Source of the DNA: Balanoglossus misakiensis
Lineage: Eukaryota > Animalia > Hemichordata
DNA: 64,000 nt
Reading direction: 5' to 3'
NCBI GenBank assembly: GCA_040954595.2
Contig: CM082589.2
Location: 5,887,186-5,951,185 of the forward strand
In this document: piece after piece, positions 43,066 to 53,754 of the stretch
Numbering within the stretch: the stretch's first letter is position 1
Layout of the letters: each line of letters starts with the position of its first letter
The notes under the pieces: model-generated
What the model saw: the letters and a program-made list of their open reading frames with translations, nothing else
Told to the model about the DNA's origin: nothing
The model's database searches: none
Program-made: the position numbers and the translations under genes

Positions 43066-44367
43066 ATCTCGTTCGAAATATTCCATGCTCTCGTTGAATT
43101 TTATGCATGCTCTCCTTCCTTTCAACTTCACATTACTGGGCTCCCTGTCTGTCAGCCTGTCTGTCTGTCTGTCTGTCTGTCCCCATTCTCCCTGTCCCAT
43201 ACCATAGCGTACGAAATAACCAAAGCAAAATGTGTGGATAATTCTATGTGTATCCCTTACCCCTTGGCTCAATGGAATTTCATAAGTCGCTCTTCCAGCA
43301 TTAAGATGTTATTCCCCACTTTCAAGACTAAGCTTAACATTGTGTTACTCTGAAAGCCTGGATAATCCCCATTTGGTGCTGAAAGCCATTGCTATGGCAA
43401 CCCATTAACGGGAAACTGTCCGTGATTACACTACACTTCTATGAGAACTGGTTGCCACCACGCATCGCACCTGCCATAAGCTTACCGCTGTGCTGTTGCA
43501 AAAATGTATTAGAATGCATATTGACCTGCAGAACACCCGCAAGTCAAAACAACGGACCCGTCAAACCCAGTCGGGTGAATCGATGAATTTCTCTTTCTTC
43601 CATGGAGGAAATATCGCAGAGTGACTTCGTGTATTTGTGAAATCTAGCGAAGCGAGCCTCGTATGCGAGCGGGTCGTTTTGGACATATGCGCCGCGGCAC
43701 TTGAGAACGCAGTACTGCAGGAACTACGGCGGCAACGCGCTACTCTGGTTAGAACGGGCAATGATTCGCTTGACTGGGAACATAGGAAACTTTCGAGGTT
43801 CTTTATAGACCTCGCACGTTTTTGGATCAAGTATCTACGTTGGATGCGCTTTTAACTGACAGTTGAAAGATTTTTGACGCATGTTTGTTCGCTGCCCCGT
43901 TTTCACGCACGGTGGTTATTCACTGTAGGGCTATGCCACCTGTTAATGTAGTCGTTCGCTGTTGGGCGAATTCCAAACAGTGGCGTTTTATTATTTGTGT
44001 CTTGTTAAATATGTTGTATCTCCCCTCCCCAGAAATGTATATGCACATCACTGAACATGCAGACCAAGTAACTGTATGGGCTGTATCTGTCTCGGGAATA
44101 ATATTGCAATTCTGTTGACATAGTATAGCATAGGGAGTTGGATGGTTTTGGAGTACAGGAAAGATTCCTATATAGTGGATCGAAAAATATATATATTAGT
44201 TTAGAAAACTCCCAAAGTGGCCAGTGATTCATAATAAGTCATGTGGGTCAAGTATGGGTAGGTTTTACCACTCACCGACCCTTGTCTGAAACAATTGTGA
44301 GGGTCTAGACTGAGGCTCGGAAAAATATCTCTTTCTGATAAGTTACAATAACCCCGGGTGTACTCAC

Positions 44368-44568
44368 TGCAACAGGCCGACCAGTCGGTTTATTTTCGCC
44401 GGGGGACGTCGGGTTACGTGGGGACTGCCTGGTTGGCCCGGGAGGGGTGGCACCAGCGCCCCTGCCCGGGCTGCGGTTCCTTGCGGCCGCGGCGGGGGCA
44501 GCGTACGGGTTTACCTTTGGCGCGGCTCCGCGACTTTTGTGGACTTGCTGGGCTTTGCGGCCTTGCAT
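44368..44568 (-). CDS. TRPN1: Probable first coding exon of TRPN/NOMPC (basic, Pro/Gly-rich N-terminal tail, 67 aa)
   Basis: GC-rich ORF MQGRKAQQ...KPTGRPVA from ATG 44568, ending at a strong donor GCA|gtgagt in phase 0. This matches the phase-0 acceptor at 15693. NOMPC proteins have a similar low-complexity basic N-terminus. The join across 28.7 kb is inferred, not shown by homology. Confidence 0.55.
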
Positions 44569-44888
44569 GTCTCTCCGGCGCCGCGTGTTGTTTCACGCTG
44601 AGTCTGATAGGCAGAGAGAGGTTGCTCACCTTGCGTGTGAACACACGTTGTCTCTGTTCTGGCACACACAGAGACACACACACACACGCGAGGACTATCA
44701 CAATCAGACGGAAGAACCACCTCCCTTGTTGTGAATACTGGTGAACTGTAACATGATCGGCCCGGTCAGGATTTGGACATGAATGACAAAAGCTCACAGA
44801 GAGTTTTCCCCGGTTCCCCGACCTCTGTCTTCTAGTCTTCACCGAATTTCACGGGGGCAGTTTCACATCGTTTTCAGCCGAACTCCTC

Positions 44889-44902
44889 GTTGCCATGACA
44901 AA
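44889..44902. promoter_or_regulatory. RFX X-box-like motif in the putative TRPN promoter
   Basis: GTTGCCATGACAAA about 320 bp upstream of ATG 44568. ETS motif CCGGAAGT at about 45173. Confidence 0.45.
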
Positions 44903-46742
44903 CCATATGGAGACCGGTCTAATCGATTAGCATATCGCCATCCACGTTCCTTCGCCCAAGTAATTGGAAATGCTTCTAGAATTAATCCTGGACCCACTCC
45001 AGACGAATGTTTACCAAAATCGACCCCACTGAACCAAATTTAAATAAACGAGTTTTTTTCTCTCTCTCTTTCGGAATAAAACACGCGGAAGCCACGATTC
45101 ACTGCACGGTGATAGTAGAGGTGGTCGGTCTCTGAGTTCTCAACGAAGAGTTTGTCGTACTTGGTTGTCCGTCCGGAAGTAACGTGAAACCAGCTTCGTC
45201 AACTCTCCCTTGGACTAGAACTGGATCGTCTGTCAATTCAGGCCTTGCGCGCGTACAGTGCCTCCAAACTCAGCCAGTCGTGGAAAAACTCCATAATTAG
45301 TGCATCAAGTTGGTCAACGGTATAAAGCGCCGTGCACAGCGAATCTCTAATAGCGCGTCACGTGATTAAGATGTTTATGAAGGACCGCCAACCACAGTCA
45401 CCGGCGACCAGTCGCCTAGCGACCGATTTTCATGCTTCCATGACCGACAAACCAATACCCGCACGCTATGATGTAACCTACAACTTGATTCAATTTGGCT
45501 CGTGGTCAAATGAAAACTTTTTGGCTTTGTCGTCTGCTGAACACCCGGGCGTTTATTAAGTCAGCGAGAAGGACGCGTGCTCTCAGTGAAAAAAAGAGCG
45601 AGCTTCTAGAAAACAGGAGGTGAATTGTATACACTAAATGGTTAGATGGCTTAAATTTTCCAGGCTAATGACTAACAACCAAAGACTTTTAACTCATTAG
45701 TTTGAAGTGGGGTGCGCTAGAATTCAAAGCCAATCGACCCATTGCGAGAAAAAGTGTTTCTTTTTTACGGCTTGGATAACAGACGAAGCTACTCCGCACA
45801 TCACCTGGCGTAAGCATATGCACGTTTTGACTGTACGGTTCGCAGACGTGCAGACGTGAACTTGTCTCGAGTTCACATGAATGATCGTGGTGGTTCCGAA
45901 GAGCACGCACCGCCAGTTGTCGTGCATATCCCGTGCCACACACATAATGTCACCAATCTTCCCAGCCAAGGGCAGTGTACGCTTCTGTCATTATTCTGCC
46001 TTGATCCATAACTCGGCAACTTCTAACAAAATGGCCGTCCCTAGCTCGCCTCTGGCAACCCGGTAAACGACCAGCTTTTGCTACCCATTAACAGAAAGAA
46101 CAGACGATTCATTCATAACATATCTCGACCTGCTGCCTTCAAGGCAACAATGGTTTCAAACGACGAAATCATTAAGGGAGGATGCACCATTAATAGCAGG
46201 GGGTCTGAAGCTTATACGACTCGTCAAATCGTATATTCGATGTCACCTATCCATGATTAAACATCATCTAAAACACATAACAATGACAAACGAAAGTTAT
46301 TAACGGGGAATATACGTTCATAATGTTTCACTGGTCAAGAAATTCCATAGTGCGCTGTGACAGTGACGGTACGTGAAATTAAATATAGTCTACTGCCTGA
46401 CAAAAGATGCGCTAGACGGACGCCAAGCCTAGACAGAAATACAGCACGGTTAGTTATAGACTGACCGGACTTGCTATAACCTTCAACCAGACTATTCAAC
46501 CTTGTCTTCATTTTATTGGAAAACATACACATTCAAGATTTCTCAAACTTCTCGATGATTTCAATCGTGGTTTATTTCCTATACGGTAAACGATAAACTT
46601 TGCCATACCGTAAAAAGATGATGTGTAACAATGAATATCATATGAATATTTAGGTACAGAGGGCGTTCTACTCTACCAGCACTGTAGAAATTCTATCCCA
46701 TTCTATCCCATCCTAATTCAGCAAGTCGTAAAGGCAGCTCAT

Positions 46743-46756
46743 CCACTAGGGGGCGC
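46743..46756 (+). promoter_or_regulatory. CTCF consensus site
   Basis: CCACTAGGGGGCGC matches the CTCF core CCASYAGRKGGCRS. It lies between the GPCR 3' end and the TRPN 5' end. Confidence 0.6.
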
Positions 46757-47396
46757 CCTTAGAGAGTCATCGGCATTTATCAAATGAGAAAGCACATTCC
46801 ATTTACATATATACTAAGTTACTTTGCCCGAGCTTGATACTTTACCGAGCGAGTCTCTGTCTCCAGATTCTCCGTTAACGAATGTGTGAAGTCAAAGTAC
46901 TCATCACTCAAATTTCTTTGCATTTGTGACTTTCGTAGGCATAAAAATGTACAAGACGTCTATTCATATTACCATATTGTGCAGATGGTGCATCCATGTC
47001 CAAAAGGTTCAGAAACTTTGCTTCTCTAAAATTTGGATTATATATCCTTTCTCTGAAAAGAAAAGTCGACATTGCCTTGCAATAGTAATCAAGAAACAGA
47101 ATATTGTAGTATGTATTTGGTGATTAATGTGCCCGGGTGCAAAATTGTCGATTTTAAGGAGAAAGTTCTTTAAAATTTCTCGTTTTGTACACGCGACCAC
47201 TCACTGTGCTTTACTCTGCAGCTATTTAAAAGAATCCTGTAAATAGGTAAATAACATTTGGTATTAATATTGGAAAATGGAAACAAATTCCGACTCGCAG
47301 TAAAGAGAGTTGTTCTGAATTAAAACCGGCCATTTGTTTTGAGGAAAATGATATTTCTGACATTAGTCACATACATTTTGTATGCAAGACGTGTAA

Positions 47397-49210
47397 TCAT
47401 ATATTCGATGTATCTTCGATGTCTTCAATAGTTACAGGGGTCAGTTCCGTTTCTTTAGGAGGCCCAGGCCTGACCTGTCGTCTGCGTCCACATCTCACGC
47501 CGTCACCTTTACCTGTGAAGGCGAGGAACATTAAAGTGCCTTGCAGAGAGTTGACGAGTGTGAAGATGACGCTGAAGACGTAATTGTCAACAAATGCCTC
47601 TATCAATGCCAGATTCCAGGTGATTCCCATAACAAGGAACACCTTGGCATAGGGAATGACCTGTTGTCGCCAACCAGACTGGGCTACGTTTCCCGACTCT
47701 GCACTCGTACTTTTCAAACTCACGATTGTTAGAATGAAACAGGCCGTGTTGAAGACGGTGATGGCCCCCAGCGGCGCGATGAAAAAGATAATGAGGGCGA
47801 CAGGATTGCGAATCCAACAAACGTTGTCCGCGCCGTAACCGGCGTGGAAGTCGGACAACTTACCAGTTTGCAGGGCTACAGCGGTGCCCACAACGCAGAC
47901 TGGCGACAACCAACCCAGTAAGCAGTAACAAACCATTCTGGCGCCGCTCTGGGAAACATCTAGCGTTTTATTGACAGACCGAAAGGTGCGACAGAGATCG
48001 AAGCTGACGACCGCCATCCAGGAGAAGCTGGCCAGCCAGGAGTAGTGCAAAGCCACGGCAAGCAGAAAACAGAGGCCCGCCACTTCGTTCAGGCCCATGC
48101 CGGACAGAAAGGTGATCTGGGCCACGATGACCGACATCACCAAGTTGAGCAGAAGCCTTCCGGGGAATGTGTGCATATGGGGTCTCCGATAGTAAATAAC
48201 GACCCTGGTGGAAAGACATAGAACAGAAAGGGAGGAACAACCGATAGTGAGCCAGGATAGAAACTTGTCAAGCCAGGAGAGAGGTTTGTGCTGACGACGA
48301 CACCTCAAGACCACAGTTCCGCCTTCTGATGTTTCAAAGTTCTGCGTTTTGAACCAGTGAATGCCTTCTCTATAGAAGAGCGTATTGTTGTGAATGCGAT
48401 AATCGGACTCGTTAAGAATCATGAGATTTTGCTGGGTACAGGTTAGATTCGATGTTGGGAACCCCTCCTGAATCTCACCAGATGAATTGTTTACGAGCAA
48501 GGAAATTTGGTTGCCCGACATATCTCTCACTGATTGGCTAAACTGCCGCGATGGAGAAGAGTTTGGTAGTGGCAGACATGTCTGTGTGTCTGGATCAAAC
48601 ATTTCGCCGGTTGAACAGGCGAAGTCGCCGCTGATCACACGGGCCATTCCCACCAGAGAACTTTCCATCGTGACGTCTCCACTGGGTTGGATGTCGAACA
48701 GGAAAGAGAGCGAGTATATACTTCGACTTACAAGGGGGAACACCCCACACTTATATATATCTACCCCGTTACACAGTGCACAGTCAACATTCTGATAGTA
48801 CGGACCCCCGGTTGCGAAGAAATGCTTGGCCGCTGAAACGGCGGAAAGGTACGAACTGCAGGCCTGTGCCTTCTCCGTGAAATTGGCGATGGATTCATTC
48901 AGGGTTTGGTTACACGTATTGATATAAAGAAAGCAACTTCTCAGAGTTGCATCGGTACGTTCACGAACCGTGATCTGCTTTGTCACCGTGTCACTCTTCA
49001 AGAAGGAGATCGCTTGTGATATAGCAAGAGAACCGTTGTACATCGTCAGATTTATCAGTTCTTCTGGGTTGGAGGGTAGTTCGTAAGACACCTCCACCTC
49101 CCAGTTCACCACGTCTGCGAGGCCAACTCCGTTGCACACTGCGCAGTAGATATTGCGGTAGATTGTGGACCCACCTAGTCCCGTCACGGGAATGTTCTTC
49201 GGAGAGAGTC
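47397..49210 (-). CDS. Family-B (Methuselah-like/adhesion-like) GPCR exon 3: Cys-rich ectodomain + 7TM
   Basis: Acceptor ctcttctcag|, phase matches exon 2. Two 'YxNxxCAxCNG' motifs, then 7tm_2 hallmarks: LHYSWLASFSWM, GWLSP, CWI, LVMGITW, NSLQGTLMFLAF. Stop at 47397. Confidence 0.93.
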
Positions 49211-49579
49211 CTGAGAAGAGATAAACCATAGATTCATTGAAGACGTATCTACTCGTGCAGAATTTGAGGGCCTGCATCCAAATGGACATATTTTGGGATG
49301 AGCCAGAAACACTTCTAGTTGTACAGGTCTGTTTAATTTACAAGTGTACCACAAACTGTATGCATGCACTCGTTTTGAACGGTTCGAAACCGATTACATA
49401 AAAGTATACAAAACCATGTCAAGTCTTAAATCTGTAAAACAACAGCTTGGACCTTTTTTGCAAGCTCCTTTGCGGAAAATGAGTCTGGGTCGTTATGTCT
49501 TTTCACCTTCATCTCGAAAAGAAAACTCACTGTTCATTTTATGAAGGGATATAGAATTTTATATTTTCACGAGCCGTAC

Positions 49580-50068
49580 CTAGTGACGTAGGCGTCTCAC
49601 AGAGCTCCTTTGTAACGTCATCGGCCCATATCGGTGCGCACCGATGAACCATCCAAACACCGGCGTCAGCGTCGCTCTCTCGTACACTCACGCACTGGAG
49701 TGCCGGGTTCCTCCCTTGGTCGAACGCGAAATCCGCGATCGAGCCATCATTTTCGGAAGCGTTGCGGCAGACCTGGCCGTGGTCGAAGCAGCAGTCGCCG
49801 TATTCGACGCACCCCGAGTCGCAGTTGCAGCTCCAACGGGAGAAGGACACCCCATTCGCCGTGAGCGACGAGGAGCAACGTGCAGCGCCGTTTTGATCGA
49901 TGCAGGAGTCGTGCCGCTTCATCGTGTGCGGGTCGACGCAAACATCACCCATTCCTAGGCCTTCTTCAAGTTCCTCGATGACTGTAATCTCCGCCGATCC
50001 CCAGTTTGAGGCGAAGCTTATTAACAACGCAGCAAGCAGGATAAGTGTGTTCTCGAAGATCATGTTTC
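49580..50068 (-). CDS. Family-B GPCR exon 2: signal peptide + somatomedin-B-like domain
   Basis: Acceptor tttttgacag| and donor CTAG|gtacgg (phase 1). Hydrophobic leader LILLAALLISFAS and SMB-like motif CNCDSGCVEYGDCCFD. Confidence 0.88.
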
Positions 50069-50202
50069 CTGTCAAAAAGCGTATTTAACTCTATATTTAA
50101 AGGGAAGAGTCGTCTCAACTGCTCATGTGCGAGGTTTCTATTTACAAAATACAAAAAATTGATATTTTGGTATTCAGTGATCGAAAGACTGTCTTCACTC
50201 AC

Positions 50203-50230
50203 CTGGTGATAACGGACAGTATCTGACCAT
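50203..50230 (-). CDS. Family-B GPCR coding exon 1 (MVRYCPLSP)
   Basis: Strong Kozak AAGATGG and donor CCAG|gtgagt (phase 1), in frame with the next exon (G|GA AAC ATG). An alternative start is the ATG at 50063. Confidence 0.55.
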
Positions 50231-50675
50231 CTTCTCTTGCCGGAAACAAAGTACCGAAAGCCCTGGCGAGTGTTCTGATATAAAAGGTTATTTGGAAACG
50301 TAACAGCTTTCTCATTCTTCAGTTGATTGTAAAAAAATTCTTACTTTGGCAACAATCCAGTCGTAATTATACATGTATTTGCTTCCATAATAACAGTTTT
50401 CTTAAATAATTATGCACGTCAGCGTGAATGCTCCACTAACATCAAAAGTGGGTTATCAATATACATACACATCTTTGCAATCACAATAGATTCCCATGCA
50501 TATAAATGAAAAGCGTAATGAAGTAGTCTCTGTTTTGATCTTGATGAAGGAGTCCAGTTGATTGCCTATTTTCGTCTTTGATTAATCTTTTACATCCATA
50601 ATTATTTTTTAAGTTTAACTTTACAATATCTTGGCGCTACCTTCAAAATAATGAGCGGGTGTTCAAGTTGTAATA

Positions 50676-50681
50676 TTTATT
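50676..50681 (-). terminator. Candidate poly(A) signal (AATAAA) of the SLC17A9-like gene
   Basis: tttatt on the + strand, about 240 bp downstream of the stop codon. Confidence 0.45.
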
Positions 50682-50917
50682 ACAGCATTTGATCGACATT
50701 CATGATTGTCTTTACAACGTGTGAAGATACAACCCGTGAAAAACAACCCGAATTTATGAATTTAAAACACTGCCGATAGCTGGAACTGTCGTGTTTCCAG
50801 TACTTGAGAACAGTTCTGTTAAGCATTCTCTGTCCGGTTATAAGTCAGACAAAATTCCAACGTTCTGTCACTGACGAAGACCAGGCGCAGTTCACATAGA
50901 TGTCCGACCCTCTCGGT

Positions 50918-51087
50918 TCATATAAGTCGTTCGCCTGTGCCGAACAGGATGAATACCAGCCATCCTAGAAGACTAATACATGACGTCAAACTGAAGACTG
51001 CAGCCCAGCTGTCGAAGTACTCCAATATATACCCGCTGATGTAAACACCGACAAATCCGGGTATTGCAGCGAATGAATTCATTACAC
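50918..51087 (-). CDS. SLC17A9: SLC17A9-like terminal exon
   Basis: atcag|. VMNSFAAIPGFVGVYISGYILEYFDSWAAVF...FILFGTGERLI*, with TGA at 50920-50918. Confidence 0.9.
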
Positions 51088-51283
51088 CTGATTTCATAAA
51101 AAATAAACTACCATGATAAGTATAAGAGCATGTGAAGATAATATTCGCTAAATATAATTAGTATCTCATAGATGTGCATCGTAAAATCCGAATGTCACAT
51201 TAAGGAAACGTAGGCTAAAACTGTAATTTGACATTTTGTGTAGTTTTAGACGAGCCGTCAGAAACAAATAATCATACACTTAC

Positions 51284-51455
51284 CATAAACTGAACCTGCA
51301 TGGGTAGGAGCCAAATCCTGGGGATTGGCATACGCTCCAGTTGTACCAAAAACATGCATTGTTAATGCATATGTGATGATAACAAGAGCGGTGGAGAAAC
51401 ATTTGGCGAGGCCCAGGAAAATGTAGGCTGTTGCATAAGACAGAGATGATATCGT
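51284..51455 (-). CDS. SLC17A9: SLC17A9-like exon
   Basis: atttcag| ... G|gtaag. TISSLSYATAYIFLG...ANPQDLAPTHAGSVYG (SLC17 'N-x-x-DLAP-x-x-AG' motif). Confidence 0.9.
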
Positions 51456-51570
51456 CTGAAATATTAAATGTAGACCAATGTGTAAATATAACTACAGTAT
51501 GTATGTTTGTGTGTGTGTATGTGTGTGTGTTTCTGTGTATTCGAAGGACATAAACGCACCAGTAAATTAC

Positions 51571-51693
51571 CTGTATCAATTTCCTTGTTGTTGTCACACT
51601 AAGCCCACGTTTTATAAGCCTATCCGCAAACCAGCCGCTACCAAATCCACTGAAGACCGGTAACGTCCACGGCAACACGTTGAAAACCCAGCC
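51571..51693 (-). CDS. SLC17A9: SLC17A9-like exon
   Basis: aattcag| ... CAG|gtaat. GWVFNVLPW...ADRLIKRGLSVTTTRKLIQ, an SLC17 signature. Confidence 0.9.
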
Positions 51694-52005
51694 CTGAATT
51701 CGAAAACACTATGTTACAGTAACTTGAGAGGATGCCATTTTCAAATAAAGTTTGGGGATCGAAATAATCTCTTGATTATTAAACAAGTAATTACAACAGA
51801 AAACACTTAAAGAAATTGCTTATGATATTCCGGGATGGTGTTATTGAATATAATCATAGAAATCATTTGAGGTACTGGACATTTTCAGACCAAGATTTAT
51901 GAAGAGGAAACCCAACAATAGGACAATGTACTTCAGATACAAACGTGTAGAGAAGTATAAGATGCTTTATTTAGTGGCCATGCCCTCAAATTTTAACACA
52001 GTTAC

Positions 52006-52102
52006 CTGGGCTCCAGGAAACTGTTCTTCAAAAAACGTCGGAAGCCAAGATAACGTGAGAAAACTTGCATTTGCGTTAGCTACGGCGATGAATACCATTG
52101 CC
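52006..52102 (-). CDS. SLC17A9: SLC17A9-like exon
   Basis: tttacacag| ... CAG|gtaac. AMVFIAVANANASFLTLSWLPTFFEEQFPGAQ matches SLC17A9 'LLSWLPTFFEETFPDAK'. Phases are consistent. Confidence 0.9.
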
Positions 52103-52265
52103 CTGTGTAAACAAAATTAAACTTGTAGTATATACTTTGACTGGAACTAGAATAGGTGCAGAGTTAAACAAAAAAATGAGAATGTCTTACATAAACTTCC
52201 TAGCCACGCGAGATCTCGCAGCCGGGTCTCGCTTGGGTTTCAGGACAGTATAATTCTCTACTTAC

Positions 52266-52505
52266 CAAAAACCTCTTTGTTTAATTAAAAGTGCCCAGAC
52301 TTGTTTTGTTGATGGACCCCTTTCTAAACCTCTGCCATCAACTGGTCTTTTGATACGCCTAAATGGATGTAAACACCTTTCTTTCCCCAGTAAAACTCGC
52401 ATTGCGATAGCCCATACTGTTGAAGTCGCTCCGAAGATATAAAAAATAAGTCGCCAGCCGTAACGTTTCAACAAGTAGGATCCGATACCGCCGGATACCA
52501 GGATT
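52266..52505 (-). CDS. SLC17A9: SLC17A9-like (VNUT) MFS transporter, internal exon
   Basis: ttttcaaag| ... TG|gtaag. ILVSGGIGSYLLKRYGWRLIFYIFG resembles SLC17A9 'LLTGAVGSLLLEWYGWQSIFYFSG'. Upstream exons are not in the window. Confidence 0.85.
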
Positions 52506-53137
52506 CTTTGAAAATATAAATAAACATAATTTTTGTGAAAAATCAACTTGACAATACGGGGGTGTGATGGGGGTTAGTGTGTATAGGTATGAGAACCATT
52601 TTATCCCGACATACATAGGCCTACATATATATGTACAGTATAGGCCCTACAAAATCGAAAGTTTTGGGAGCGCTGAAGTTGGTAGTGCACTGTACACTGT
52701 TACTTCGAGAAATTTATTAAATCCCCCGCGAAATGTACGTGTGCGGTGCTCTGAATTGACCTAAACCGCGTTTAAACGCACACTTTCCAACTGAATTTCC
52801 GACTTTTCTTTATTCGCAGTGAGGTCGAAACGCATCGGATCAGTAGGATTTGTGAGGAATCACTAGGATTCACGGCATTGGTTTCACGTAATCACGTGGA
52901 CTGTGACGTAATGAAGCCATCAAAAACATGGCGGCGCCCATGGCATAATAAAGAACACGTGAAGTTTTCCAAAAGGTACAGTACGATTCCATTTCATTCC
53001 TATGTAACGACGTTAAACGTAATATACAAATTGTGTAGGCTTTATATTAAGTGCTCTCTACTCGACCGGGCCTTCGGCTACCCTCGCTACCTTAGGTTAG
53101 CCAGCATTTGCAGGATTTATTATGCTGTAATATCATT

Positions 53138-53246
53138 ATGACATGACGAAGCGGTAGCCCTGCGTACAGATCTGTGTGTGGAGGCCGTGTAACGCAGAGA
53201 CCTATACACAGATCTAGACGAAGCGGCAGGGCTGTACGTGTTAGCC
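53138..53246 (+). repeat. Direct repeat copy 1 (109 bp) flanking the foldback element
   Basis: atgacatgacgaagc...gtgttagcc. Differs from copy 2 by 2 substitutions and a TG indel. Confidence 0.95.
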
Positions 53247-53643
53247 CACAGGGGCCTCTCCCTCCGCGATTTTGTTAGTTTGTTTTTTGGTTTGTTGTTG
53301 TTGTTGTTGATGATGATGATGATGATGATTTTTGGTATAATAAACAAATACATATTTCTCTATTAATAAATATGGTTTGTTGAACATGTAAGGGTTAGGG
53401 TATATTCGACAGGTTAGAATATTATCGAAAAAAATGCCAACACAAATCCTAACCGTTGATAATACCCTAACCTGTCGAATATACCCTAACCTTTACATGT
53501 CAACAAACCATATTTATTAATAGAGAAATATGTATTTGTTTATTATGCCAAAAATCATCATCATCATCATCGACAACAACAACAACAACAACAAACAAAC
53601 AAACAAACAAACAAACAAAACCGCGGCGGGAGAGGCCCCTGTG
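53247..53643. mobile_element. 397-bp foldback/MITE with ~180-bp inverted arms and CAC...GTG ends
   Basis: Starts cacaggggcctctccc and ends gggagaggcccctgtg. Arms contain mirrored (GTT)n/(GAT)n tracts and gggttagggtatattcgacaggttag. Spacer about 30 bp. Confidence 0.8.
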
Positions 53644-53754
53644 ATGACATGACGAAGCAGTAGCCCTGCGAACAGATCTGTGTGTGTGGAGGCCGTGTAA
53701 CGCAGAGACCTATACACAGATCTAGACGAAGCGGCAGGGCTGTACGTGTTAGCC
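53644..53754 (+). repeat. Direct repeat copy 2 (111 bp) flanking the foldback element
   Basis: Begins immediately after ...cccctgtg. Confidence 0.95.

Noticed and set aside
47397-49289. 630-aa ORF as a complete single-exon gene
   Set aside because: Its first ~26 codons are intronic; the true N-terminus comes from upstream exons via the acceptor at 49211.
53247-53643. CACAGGG termini as RAG recombination signal sequences / ProtoRAG TIRs
   Set aside because: 6/7 heptamer match, but no correctly oriented nonamer at a 12/23 spacing, no 5-bp TSD and no RAG-like ORF.
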